Positions 8,264 to 17,563 of a stretch of 64,000 nucleotides of DNA are shown here, piece after piece. Origin of the DNA: a virus; IMG/VR virus record IMGVR_UViG_3300044568_004364; one strand, given 5' to 3'. The notes below the pieces were generated by a model. That model did no database searches, was not told the DNA's origin, and saw only the letters and a program-made list of their open reading frames with translations. The position numbers were made by a program, and so were the translations under genes. Each line of letters starts with the position of its first letter. The first letter of the stretch is position 1.

Positions 8264-9268
8264 TTAAAACAAATCAAACAAATCGTCTTCGCTAAAGCTT
8301 TGGCCTTTTTTGCTATATTCCGTTGGGCGGCTATGGAAAAAGTCGGTCATGTTATTACCATGCAACTGCTCGTCAAACCAAAGAGTATCTTTTAGCAGTG
8401 TCTCATCGCATGTGAAAGGTTGTGCAAATCCAATTGCAACCATGCTTTCATTTATACGACTCTTGATAAACTCTTTAAGAATTGGTGCACTTAGTCCGTG
8501 TTCGTTTACGCCGTTAACCATCCAATCAACAATCTTGCTCTCAGCTTTAAATGCCTCGATTGCTTCACTTGCAATGCGCTCTTCAAGTTCAGCGTCAAAG
8601 AGTTCAGGATGCTCTTCACGTATGGTATTAATAATCTTAATACCAACAAGTGCATGAATATTTTCTTCATTGCGAGTATACTTAACTTGTTGGTCAGTAT
8701 CTTTAAGCACATTCTTAAATGTAGCAAACCAATTAATTACATAAAATTGGCTAAAGAGACTTACGTTTTCAACAAATAGAGTAAACAAGATAAGAGCATA
8801 TAGGTATTGCTTTTTGCTATCCTTATAAAAACGGTGTGTATATTTCTTAAGATACTTAACTCGTCCTTGAATCCATTCCAGCTTGAGGTTCTCTTCAAAG
8901 ATATCTTCAAGTTCAAGAACAGATAGCAACCGCTCATATGCGCTGTTATGAATAACTTCAATGTTGGCCATTACATAACCCAAGTCTTGTAGTGCAGGAT
9001 GCGGCAAGTTTTCTCCAAGTTTTGCCCAGAATGTTTTTACCGCAACTTCAATTTGACCAACAGCACTCAATGTGCGTACAATAATCTCACGATATTGATC
9101 TGTTAATACGGTCTTGAATTGATGAACATCTGCACTAAAGTTAAATTCTTTATCTGTCCAAAAACCATTATGCATGGCCTCAATGAATTGTTCAGTCCAT
9201 GGATAATGGTTTGGTTTTCGTGAAATTTGTTCTTCAAAAATGCTGTGTTGTTTTGTCTCGTTATTCAT
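8264..9268 (-). CDS. nrdB: class I ribonucleotide reductase beta subunit
   Basis: EVIHNSAY, ENVSLFSQF, EENIH, C-terminal DFF...EY. Confidence 0.93.
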   Translation of the reverse strand: MNNETKQHSIFEEQISRKPNHYPWTEQFIEAMHNGFWTDKEFNFSADVHQFKTVLTDQYREIIVRTLSAVGQIEVAVKTFWAKLGENLPHPALQDLGYVMANIEVIHNSAYERLLSVLELEDIFEENLKLEWIQGRVKYLKKYTHRFYKDSKKQYLYALILFTLFVENVSLFSQFYVINWFATFKNVLKDTDQQVKYTRNEENIHALVGIKIINTIREEHPELFDAELEERIASEAIEAFKAESKIVDWMVNGVNEHGLSAPILKEFIKSRINESMVAIGFAQPFTCDETLLKDTLWFDEQLHGNNMTDFFHSRPTEYSKKGQSFSEDDLFDLF

Positions 9269-9325
9269 AAATCGTAAAGCGTGTATACTATTATTATATA
9301 CTAATAAAGTAAAATGTAAACAAGA

Positions 9326-9619
9326 TTATTTACGATTTTCATTCATAGCCCGACGGCGTATGCTACGCAATGCGCCATTATTTGAATCTCTCAAAATGAC
9401 GGTATGTTTTGGATTTTTCTTTGCGTAATTATACAAGCTCTGTTGCTCGTCATCAGCCAAGTCTAGGTATTTACCCCAGCGCTCAAACTTATTACGACCT
9501 GTTTCGAAGCGTCGGAATATTTCAGATGGTACATTAAACAAGCGCCATGTAGCGCCTGTCTTTGGGTAATCTGATGGTGGCATCGCTACCGATGCGGTTG
9601 TCGTGTCTTCAGTTTTCAT
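9326..9619 (-). CDS. hypothetical protein
   Basis: ORF overlapping the upstream gene by ATGA. Confidence 0.6.
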   Translation of the reverse strand: MKTEDTTTASVAMPPSDYPKTGATWRLFNVPSEIFRRFETGRNKFERWGKYLDLADDEQQSLYNYAKKNPKHTVILRDSNNGALRSIRRRAMNENRK

Positions 9620-10200
9620 TGAACAATATCATGTTGAGTAATTAGGATCCGTTGATGTGTTTTATTGTGTGTTGCTGTATATACAGGTACGCCAAAAATA
9701 GTTCCGCATGGTGCAACATTTTCACTTATTGTTACCAGTGACTTTTTAAGAGCTAGGACTTCGCCTGTAAGTGGCAGCGCAACGTCATGACGTAATGTAT
9801 AGCGCCCTGCACGTAAATGTTGATCTTCTGTCAGGTACCAACGTGATTCATTTAACGGCGCAGTATTGATATCAAATCCAGTAACTTCTAAAAGCGCCTT
9901 TGATAGCGCTTCATCCGATAATCCTGTCTTTTCTTTAATAAGATATAATGCAGCTAGGTATGATGCAATTGTTGTTTTGCCAAAAGGTAGCTTATTTAGT
10001 AAGCGCTTAACATTAAATACAAGCTTATGAAATACATTATATTTACTGCGCTCTTCACTCGTTTCAGCCTTGCGTAATATATTACCTTGTGCATCTATCA
10101 ATCCCAACTTATATGCACCCATTTTTTGCCATGGTGTAGTAAGCAAACGAAGAAATCGAAATGCATAAAATGTATCGGCGGCGCGTGTGAATAGTCCCAT
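9616..10200 (-). CDS. conserved T4-like hypothetical protein
   Basis: FRFLRLLTTPW...AYKLGLID motif; late promoter at 10249-10256. Confidence 0.65.
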   Translation of the reverse strand: MGLFTRAADTFYAFRFLRLLTTPWQKMGAYKLGLIDAQGNILRKAETSEERSKYNVFHKLVFNVKRLLNKLPFGKTTIASYLAALYLIKEKTGLSDEALSKALLEVTGFDINTAPLNESRWYLTEDQHLRAGRYTLRHDVALPLTGEVLALKKSLVTISENVAPCGTIFGVPVYTATHNKTHQRILITQHDIVQ

Positions 10201-10204
10201 AAGT

Positions 10205-10573
10205 TTAGAGTGTTTGTAATTTCTTTACGATCAATAGATCAATAGGTATATTTATATATTCTCCTTTTGGAATGTAATTTAGGTAGAGTAGGAATGTTTT
10301 TAGTGCAGGCCAACATTCTTCATCAATACGATAAAAGCACATGCGTGTTGCAGCTTCAGGATAAAACATATTATAAAATATGATAAGGTGATTAAGTATG
10401 AGCCGCTCTTGTAGTATGTCTTTTTCAGTATATCGCCTTAGTAACTTACGTGCATACTTTAAATGTGCGAGGTCAGCACTAAATTCGTCAAAGTCCAAAC
10501 ACTTTGGATTATTATAATGCTTAGCTGCATAAAGCATAAAGTTCTTATCATTCAAATCCGTCAATAGATTCAT
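10205..10573 (-). CDS. conserved T4-like hypothetical protein
   Basis: NFMLYAAKHYNNP...LILNHLII motif. Confidence 0.7.
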   Translation of the reverse strand: MNLLTDLNDKNFMLYAAKHYNNPKCLDFDEFSADLAHLKYARKLLRRYTEKDILQERLILNHLIIFYNMFYPEAATRMCFYRIDEECWPALKTFLLYLNYIPKGEYINIPIDLLIVKKLQTL

Positions 10574-10592
10574 ATTATAATTTATATGAATC

Positions 10593-10907
10593 TTATTGTG
10601 CCAGTAGGTCTGTCACCGATTTGCCTTTTTCCCAGAACTTGCAGCTCCAATAGCGTGCTTTCCATTTTGGTCCTGGGGCATCATCGCAGCTATGACGTGC
10701 GCGGAAGTTTTTAAGACGTGCAGGATCATCACGTTTAATTTCCATATTAGGATCACCAAATCCAAGCTTGATTACATTGCCTTTATCATTGCGAACATAT
10801 ACATAAAATTTATGCTTATTGTCGTCGCTACGAAACGGCGCATTAAGTGTTACCTTACGCCCATCGTATTCAGCCTCTTCGGAGATATATTCTTTAAAGC
10901 GCATCAT
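10593..10907 (-). CDS. hypothetical protein with capsid-targeting-like N-terminus
   Basis: MRFKEYISE start; FRARHSCD...YWSC. Confidence 0.65.
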   Translation of the reverse strand: MMRFKEYISEEAEYDGRKVTLNAPFRSDDNKHKFYVYVRNDKGNVIKLGFGDPNMEIKRDDPARLKNFRARHSCDDAPGPKWKARYWSCKFWEKGKSVTDLLAQ

Positions 10908-12175
10908 ATAATTTGATACCAGTTTAGCAGTGCATTAAATGTAGAATTGGTTGCATCCGCAGCTATTGCTAATGTGTATACATCAGAAACACCTGCTTGA
11001 GTTCGACCTAATTGTAAAAATAAACTTCCCAAATTATCCAATTCTACTGATTCGCTGGCATTTGTAAGGAATCCGGATTTTACTATGGTTCCACCAGTCA
11101 TAATTGAATCACTTATTGCAAATTCGGTAGTGACGCAATCTGGGTGAACAGTCCATGTAGGAGATGTTGTAAAGGTTGCATTTTTTATTAGAGCCCATTG
11201 ATATTTTTTATTTTGTTCAATAACAATAGAAACACCAGTAGGAATAATTATACCATCTAACTTAGACGATGATAAGCGAATTGATACAGCATTAAAGAAT
11301 TTTCCTCGATCAGCAGTTGTCGCATTGGTTTGCCGTGTGACAAATACTGATGCCGACGATGCCTGACAATATGTAATTGATTCTGGGTTATAGCCACCCT
11401 CTGAAATAGCAGTGCTGCATATTTGTTTAAGTGTTCCACTAGCAGATCCTAAATTTTCAATTTCATATCGTATTGGCAGACATGCAGTTGTCATGTATGT
11501 CGTGGTGCGAACATTATCATTATGAAATACATGAGCGACAACAGGTTTACCGTGTACAATAAATCCACAACGAACGTCGCCTACACCAAGCCATTCAATG
11601 TCAATCCAAAAAATATTAGACTTTGTAACGTCGAGTGTCACGTCTGAATAACCAGATCCATTAAATTTATCGCCGATCCATTCGCTTTGAGGTACACGAA
11701 TTGTTGTACCTAAGCTTTGACTGCGAAGCACAAGGAAGTTTCCAGTGCCATCATTTTCTAAATATATTCCATTGTCATTACCAAAATAACCAACTCTTTG
11801 GCGTAGCCCAGTGACTGGAGTTGCCATAACAAAGGTTGACATAATGAGCAAACTTTTCCCAGGTTGATATGGCATTACCCGCTTTGACTCGCGAATGACC
11901 TTGCTGCCAGTTGTTGTTGTAACTGACATATTGATTGCACTCTCCGCAGAGACATGAGTGGTGCTTCCGCCAGACGCAGTTACAGTACTCCATTTATCAT
12001 TTTCGGTATAACGATGTTGGCTTTCAAATAGCGTGAATGGTTCAGACACACGTAAACGTCCAAATGCATCTACAAGAGCGCCACCTGGTGTAATTTGGTC
12101 TGATAGCATATTTACCTCGTAACGTGCACCTTGCCGCGTTAGAGTGTTAGTACTTGATATGTATTGTGTAGGCAT
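10904..12175 (-). CDS. probable virion structural beta-rich protein
   Basis: DAFGRLRVS motif, Thr/Ser-rich, WLGVG. Confidence 0.55.
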   Translation of the reverse strand: MPTQYISSTNTLTRQGARYEVNMLSDQITPGGALVDAFGRLRVSEPFTLFESQHRYTENDKWSTVTASGGSTTHVSAESAINMSVTTTTGSKVIRESKRVMPYQPGKSLLIMSTFVMATPVTGLRQRVGYFGNDNGIYLENDGTGNFLVLRSQSLGTTIRVPQSEWIGDKFNGSGYSDVTLDVTKSNIFWIDIEWLGVGDVRCGFIVHGKPVVAHVFHNDNVRTTTYMTTACLPIRYEIENLGSASGTLKQICSTAISEGGYNPESITYCQASSASVFVTRQTNATTADRGKFFNAVSIRLSSSKLDGIIIPTGVSIVIEQNKKYQWALIKNATFTTSPTWTVHPDCVTTEFAISDSIMTGGTIVKSGFLTNASESVELDNLGSLFLQLGRTQAGVSDVYTLAIAADATNSTFNALLNWYQII

Positions 12176-12253
12176 TTTTTTATTTACATTTTAAAATTAT
12201 GTGGTATAATAATATAGATTCAATATAATACAACAACGTAATTTAAATACGCC

Positions 12254-13024
12254 TTAAGATTTGATATTACGTTTTAAAGTATTAATCAATGATGAATCAC
12301 CTGTAATTATTCCAACAAGTGACAGGAATGTATTCATGATTAGATCCTTTTGAGATGGTGTTAAAGTTTTGCCATCTTCAAGATTCTTAACAGCAAGAAC
12401 CAAAGGTTGAATGTTTGTTTCATCTACCAGACCAACAGCTGCAAGCTGTTTAAACTTGGTATAGTCAACACTTTCATTGGTCATCTTGACATCGCCATAT
12501 TCATATTCGCCATCATCAATATTAATATCGTATTTCTCGTCAACAGCAGTATATAATTCGTCAACCGTTGCATAGATGTTTGAGATAGCCTTTACAATAT
12601 CGTCATCAATATTTTCTTGATCTGAAATGCAATCATAAATCTCTTCAGTCATTTCTGTAATTTCATCAAGTAAAGCCAATGCTTCACCTACAGGATCGGT
12701 TTCCTCTGCGCCCTCTTTAATGCTGTTGCTGCGCTTTTGTAACTCCTTTACAATATCGTTAACTTTTGCATATTTTAATGTACCTTCAATGTCAACCAAT
12801 GAATATGGTTTGGACGCATTATCGGTAACTGCAACAAAGATGTCAGCATACTTGCCTGCTCTCATTGGAAGACCATACAATTCGATAATGTTATCGACAT
12901 TTGTATAGTAGGTGTTATTCCCAGGTTTAGCTGCTTTAAATCCAAGAGTCTTTAATACGCTCTTAAGTAATTTAATTTCGACTTCAGATGCCGATTCGTT
13001 TAGGATATCATTTAGTTTCTTCAT
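12254..13024 (-). CDS. hypothetical protein, possible internal head protein
   Basis: MKKLNDILNES start; acidic. Confidence 0.55.
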   Translation of the reverse strand: MKKLNDILNESASEVEIKLLKSVLKTLGFKAAKPGNNTYYTNVDNIIELYGLPMRAGKYADIFVAVTDNASKPYSLVDIEGTLKYAKVNDIVKELQKRSNSIKEGAEETDPVGEALALLDEITEMTEEIYDCISDQENIDDDIVKAISNIYATVDELYTAVDEKYDINIDDGEYEYGDVKMTNESVDYTKFKQLAAVGLVDETNIQPLVLAVKNLEDGKTLTPSQKDLIMNTFLSLVGIITGDSSLINTLKRNIKS

Positions 13025-13908
13025 AGTGATTGAATATATTTATTATAAGTTTCTTTAAGTGTTACGATTGACTCCATGTTTGGATTGAGCGATACAAATT
13101 CATGAATATGTTCTAGGTCGCAAGAACCTGTTGCAAGTGCAACAATTTTAATCTTACGTGCAGTCTCTAAGTCAACGGCTTCATCTAACTTATATTCTCC
13201 TTTTTTGAGTGTAAGATTAATAACATCGCCTTTTTTGTCGCTCTTTCTATGCTGAACATTAATGCGCCCATCAGGAAACTTGTGAAAGATATTAGCTGTT
13301 TTTCCATGCAATATATTTCCCGGTGCTGTGATGGTTACAGTACCCATAGAATGAGTACCAGTAGCTTCATCGAGATTTGCGGATTCAGCATAATATTTTG
13401 GATCCAAGAAGTTGATCAAATCTGGGATTTTTGCGTCAACCGTAAATGCATCTGCTTTGTCCACTGCCATTGAATATAGTTTTGGATTCATATTATATAA
13501 GGTAATCATTATAGATTGTCCTTTACGCAATGCCGGCATTTCCTTTCGCATTTTAGCAGCTGCATCAAGCAGTTCTTCAACATCAATTTTTGGAACAGCT
13601 TCTTGTAAAGATTCTTCTTTTACAAGTTTACCGGAATTAATGTCATCTTGGTGATCATGGTAATATTCACCACTGTATACAACTCCTCCATTTTTTGCAG
13701 CATATTCATACGCACCTTTTCTTGTTTTGAAAGGTTTGATTTTTGCTTTGGCGTCCTTATTGTAAACAACCCATGATTCACCATAAGCTTCTTCCATTTC
13801 AAAATATTCGCTGTATTTTTTGTATGCAGCTTTTATTTGATCCGTCGTATGTGAAGGATACATCTTTTTGTGTTGAGCTTCAAACTCTTGATATGTTTTT
13901 TGTTTCAT
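13021..13908 (-). CDS. probable internal head protein or polyprotein
   Basis: Likely start MKQKTYQEFEAQ downstream of late promoter 13955-13962 (ORF track start 14031); repeated LxEA sites. Confidence 0.55.
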   Translation of the reverse strand: MKQKTYQEFEAQHKKMYPSHTTDQIKAAYKKYSEYFEMEEAYGESWVVYNKDAKAKIKPFKTRKGAYEYAAKNGGVVYSGEYYHDHQDDINSGKLVKEESLQEAVPKIDVEELLDAAAKMRKEMPALRKGQSIMITLYNMNPKLYSMAVDKADAFTVDAKIPDLINFLDPKYYAESANLDEATGTHSMGTVTITAPGNILHGKTANIFHKFPDGRINVQHRKSDKKGDVINLTLKKGEYKLDEAVDLETARKIKIVALATGSCDLEHIHEFVSLNPNMESIVTLKETYNKYIQSL

Positions 13909-14005
13909 CTCGGTGTTAAATTGTTGTATGCGTTGCCCTGGGGTGTCCTTTATGTATTTATATAATAGGCTAGGTGTACCTTCAAAGCCTGCGCCATATT
14001 CTTCA

Positions 14006-14989
14006 TCAAGCTCCAAATTCATGTCCTGCAACTCTTTTCATTTGACGAGTAAATTCATCAAAGTCTGGTTTCTTTTTATAATATTTAATTGTTCGTGCAT
14101 CGTCATCTTTACCTTTGATGCGCCAATCATAACCTGCACTTAAACGCTCAGGATCGGTTGTGCGCACTACACGGCGCTCATAACCATCTTCCCAGCTTTC
14201 TTCATAAATAACATCCTGTATAAAAAATTTAGTATGACCTCCAGTTTCAGAAATGCATGTTATATAGTTAGGCCCACGCTCTTTAATTGTATACGATAGC
14301 CCATCTTTTTTAGAAATGATTCTTTCGCCAATATTGTATATCTCGCCAGAGATATAACGTTCACGTGTTTCACCTAAAGATTGGAATTGTATATGCTTGC
14401 GAAAACTATGGCTTTCCTTAAGGCCCATCCCAGTGCGCACTGCATTAAATAACTCTTTAACTTCCCCAAATGTTTTAGGGCATCCTTCAGCAAATGTCTT
14501 TAGGTCATTATTAGCAGCCGCATTACGTTGTACACTTTCATGTAGCGCTGATGGTGCTGGCACTATTCGTATACCATCAGAAAATTTATAATAACCATGC
14601 ACACCGCGTATACCATTATATGCATGCAGCTGTTGTTTAAATTCAACTATATGTTCAGTCCGTACTAACATTGTTAGCTTTGTGTAACCCTCATTATAAG
14701 CTGATACCGCAACATCTACGGCATCTTTAATATTACAATCACGTATAATATTACGGCCATATTGTGGAAACATCTTGCGCATATACCGTATTTTATCATC
14801 ATAGTTTAACGGGTGTTCTTCATACCCTTCAGTTTGAAATGAATATACACGAAGCGTTGCGCTCTTTTTAGAGTGTACACTTGCAGCATTAAGTAGTGCT
14901 TCATCGTGTATTGTTGGTGGATTAAACGAATCATATATCGCAACAAGTTCACGCGTCTTTTCAGTAATGTATCCTTTAAAGCTCTTCAT
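14006..14989 (-). CDS. cytidyltransferase-like protein (degenerate HxGH)
   Basis: SFNPPTIH, KIRYMRKMFP; MKSFKGYITE start. Confidence 0.6.
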   Translation of the reverse strand: MKSFKGYITEKTRELVAIYDSFNPPTIHDEALLNAASVHSKKSATLRVYSFQTEGYEEHPLNYDDKIRYMRKMFPQYGRNIIRDCNIKDAVDVAVSAYNEGYTKLTMLVRTEHIVEFKQQLHAYNGIRGVHGYYKFSDGIRIVPAPSALHESVQRNAAANNDLKTFAEGCPKTFGEVKELFNAVRTGMGLKESHSFRKHIQFQSLGETRERYISGEIYNIGERIISKKDGLSYTIKERGPNYITCISETGGHTKFFIQDVIYEESWEDGYERRVVRTTDPERLSAGYDWRIKGKDDDARTIKYYKKKPDFDEFTRQMKRVAGHEFGA

Positions 14990-14994
14990 TATAA

Positions 14995-15483
14995 TTATTT
15001 TTTACGCTGAAAGCGAGCTGCATCTTTTGCGCGAACTTGCGGCAATAGGCGAGCTGCCAAACTCTTAATGATGGTCTTTTTACGTGCAAGTTGTTTTTCA
15101 ACACCAGCACGTGCGCCAAAGGAAAGATCTCCTTTATTTTTTCCACCAGTTAGACGCTTTGTAATTTCGGCGCGAGCTGCACGCAATGCACGTGCTTTTA
15201 ATACTACGTTACTTGCACGGCGACGCAACGAGCGCGCACGGCCAATCCTAAGTGCAGACTTGTTGCGACGAAACGATGCGCGTCTAGCCATACGCTGTGC
15301 AGCTGTAAGTACTTCTTTAAGTTCAGGTGTGCTTTCATCAGTTTCAGCACCTTCATCAGCCATGAACGGACCTTTCTTACGTTTGCGATATGCATTAATC
15401 ATTAGGTCTAGCGGATCATAATCGTATGAACCGTCTGTTGGATCAACAGTCATTAGGTCTCGTAATCTTAGTGGTGTTTTCAT
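14995..15483 (-). CDS. basic Arg/Lys-rich late protein
   Basis: Arg/Ala-rich C-terminal half after LKE; late promoter at 15493-15500. Confidence 0.6.
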   Translation of the reverse strand: MKTPLRLRDLMTVDPTDGSYDYDPLDLMINAYRKRKKGPFMADEGAETDESTPELKEVLTAAQRMARRASFRRNKSALRIGRARSLRRRASNVVLKARALRAARAEITKRLTGGKNKGDLSFGARAGVEKQLARKKTIIKSLAARLLPQVRAKDAARFQRKK

Positions 15484-15505
15484 CGTATAGTATATTTATA
15501 TATAC

Positions 15506-15973
15506 TTAACCTTTCTTATGGTTTGCCCATAAGTCAGCATCACCAGTTGTTCGTGTTTTACCACCAACTATAAAACTATTAACGCGTGCATACGCCCATT
15601 GAAATTGTCCTGCTCCCGGGCGATGCCCTGTTTTCCAAGCAGCCATTCCTCGATCAAATACTTGTTTAAGTATCCCATATGCAATTCCACTTTTTTCAGA
15701 TTTAGTCTTTAGTCCAGCAAGTTGCGCTTCTTCATCGAGCGTTTGGTATTGATCAAAATCTACAGATTCTTTACCATATTTTGCAGCATACGCTTTGGTA
15801 TATTTGGAAGGAACTGTTTCAGCTGAGGCGTCACCGGGTGCAGGCTTGTATGCCGAAGGATCGTCATCGTCCTTTGATGCTTGACGATTAAATTGTGCAG
15901 CCCGACGTGCGCGTGTGCTCTTTGCAAGACCAGTATAATAGTCTTCATCTAAATATCTTTTAAAGCTTTTCAT
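15506..15973 (-). CDS. conserved phage protein with capsid-targeting-like N-terminus
   Basis: MKSFKRYLDE; RGMAAWKTGHRPG...QWAYARVNSF. Confidence 0.65.
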   Translation of the reverse strand: MKSFKRYLDEDYYTGLAKSTRARRAAQFNRQASKDDDDPSAYKPAPGDASAETVPSKYTKAYAAKYGKESVDFDQYQTLDEEAQLAGLKTKSEKSGIAYGILKQVFDRGMAAWKTGHRPGAGQFQWAYARVNSFIVGGKTRTTGDADLWANHKKG

Positions 15974-15998
15974 ATGTATTGTTTAAATCCTATCATAT

Positions 15999-17051
15999 TT
16001 ATTTTGCGTATATTCCAGAACCAACCTCTAGATAAAATTTAGCTTCATTTGCTTCTTCACGCAATTTTGTTCTTATTTGAAAAATTGCTGCTTTTGTGTT
16101 CTTGTCGAGAAAAATCAAATTTGATCCTTTTACTTGTGCTATTAGTTTAACCGATTTTTTGAGTTTGTTAAAATAGTCTTGCGTGATTTCTTTTACAGCA
16201 CCGCGTTGTATATCAATTACATCTGCCAAATCATCACCAAATATATTTTTGCCTAAAAAGTTTAATGCATTGAGCGTAAAACTTGGGCTATTACTATTAA
16301 GAAGTATTTTGTCTTTCAAGTCTTCATACATACTTCTAATAAGTGCAAATTTAGCTTTTTGCTCAACAGGACCAACAAACGACTTTGCGAGTCTAACATA
16401 TTTTTCTTTTGCATCCCATTTTATATTAAGAGCTTCGGCAATGCCCAACATACCAAAGTATGGTGAAAGACTTGATACGGTAACCGATTCTGACTTCAAC
16501 GAAAACGGAATATCACCAGATGTTATCTTTTTATTTCCGTTACGTGTTTGTGCATATATTGTTAATGTGACATCTCCTTTGATTTTTCCGCCTGAGGATT
16601 CTCCAGCAATACCATCAGCAATAACAATAATGTTTATGATATCTGCAGTTTTATTTTTTAAGAATGTATTTATGGCAGCATCGGCACGACGGACAAATGC
16701 AGAATTTTGAACTGCCTTTATGAGCTGATCTATCTTCCTATCAATGTTTCCAATATCTTTTGATGACCTATACAAGACATCATAATCTTTACCAAAAGCA
16801 CCTTGTATAGATTTTGGTTTTAGTCTCATTTCAAATGAAACGTTAATAAAGTCAGGCATATTTTTTCCAACCTGACGTTTATTATTGGTCACTACATCAT
16901 ACTTAAATCTTCCTTTTGCAAAAACAGAGGTATCAATCTTAGTGCGAATTTGATTGAGTTTTTGTTTATCGACTTTTCCATATGCCAAGTACAAACTTAG
17001 AGCAATTGTAAAAATGCCTTCAATAACATCGCCTTCATTCAATTTGCCCAT
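15999..17051 (-). CDS. hypothetical late protein, possibly PD-(D/E)XK-like
   Basis: 350-aa ORF, KGDV...FSLK; late promoter at 17061-17068. Confidence 0.5.
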   Translation of the reverse strand: MGKLNEGDVIEGIFTIALSLYLAYGKVDKQKLNQIRTKIDTSVFAKGRFKYDVVTNNKRQVGKNMPDFINVSFEMRLKPKSIQGAFGKDYDVLYRSSKDIGNIDRKIDQLIKAVQNSAFVRRADAAINTFLKNKTADIINIIVIADGIAGESSGGKIKGDVTLTIYAQTRNGNKKITSGDIPFSLKSESVTVSSLSPYFGMLGIAEALNIKWDAKEKYVRLAKSFVGPVEQKAKFALIRSMYEDLKDKILLNSNSPSFTLNALNFLGKNIFGDDLADVIDIQRGAVKEITQDYFNKLKKSVKLIAQVKGSNLIFLDKNTKAAIFQIRTKLREEANEAKFYLEVGSGIYAK

Positions 17052-17063
17052 TGTAATATATAT

Positions 17064-17489
17064 TTATAATTTCATAAACATCTTATATAGCAAGGCTTCC
17101 ATACGCCGCGCTTCTTTTTCCCACGGGCGTGAATATTCGCATTCTTTACTCTTATAACGTACGCCATGCCATAGTTCATAATCTCCATGATAGACGAGTT
17201 CTTTAAGAGTAAATTGTTTTACGTGTACCAACTCATGAAAGAGCGTAAGTAAGAACTCTTTTGCGCATTGCACAAGATGTAAGTCAATATAATATGTATG
17301 TATATCAGTAGTACTATAGCATAATCCATAAGCGCCTTCCTTCTCTAACAGGTTGTTTGCGCACTTAACGGTAAGGTATAGACATCTCTTGCGTGGTAAC
17401 AATTCTTGTAGAGCAAATGTTATTGCTTTCTTTACTGTCGTTCGCAATTCAGGATCGTGTTTTAATCCATAGACACGTACTCTTATCAT
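17064..17489 (-). CDS. zincin-like metallopeptidase
   Basis: HELVHVKQF (HExxH) and PWEKEA. Confidence 0.7.
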   Translation of the reverse strand: MIRVRVYGLKHDPELRTTVKKAITFALQELLPRKRCLYLTVKCANNLLEKEGAYGLCYSTTDIHTYYIDLHLVQCAKEFLLTLFHELVHVKQFTLKELVYHGDYELWHGVRYKSKECEYSRPWEKEARRMEALLYKMFMKL

Positions 17490-17509
17490 ACAATATTAAT
17501 TATAAACAA

Positions 17510-17541
17510 TTTTGGCGCTACCATTTCTGATAGCGCCAAAA
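17510..17541 (-). terminator. intrinsic terminator
   Basis: TTTTGGCGCTA...TAGCGCCAAAA hairpin. Confidence 0.65.
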
Positions 17542-17563
17542 TGAGTTGGGTTTTTAAAATCTC

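Noticed and set aside
6591-9268. Inteins or introns in nrdA/nrdB
   Set aside because: Both ORFs are continuous, compact and lack splicing motifs.
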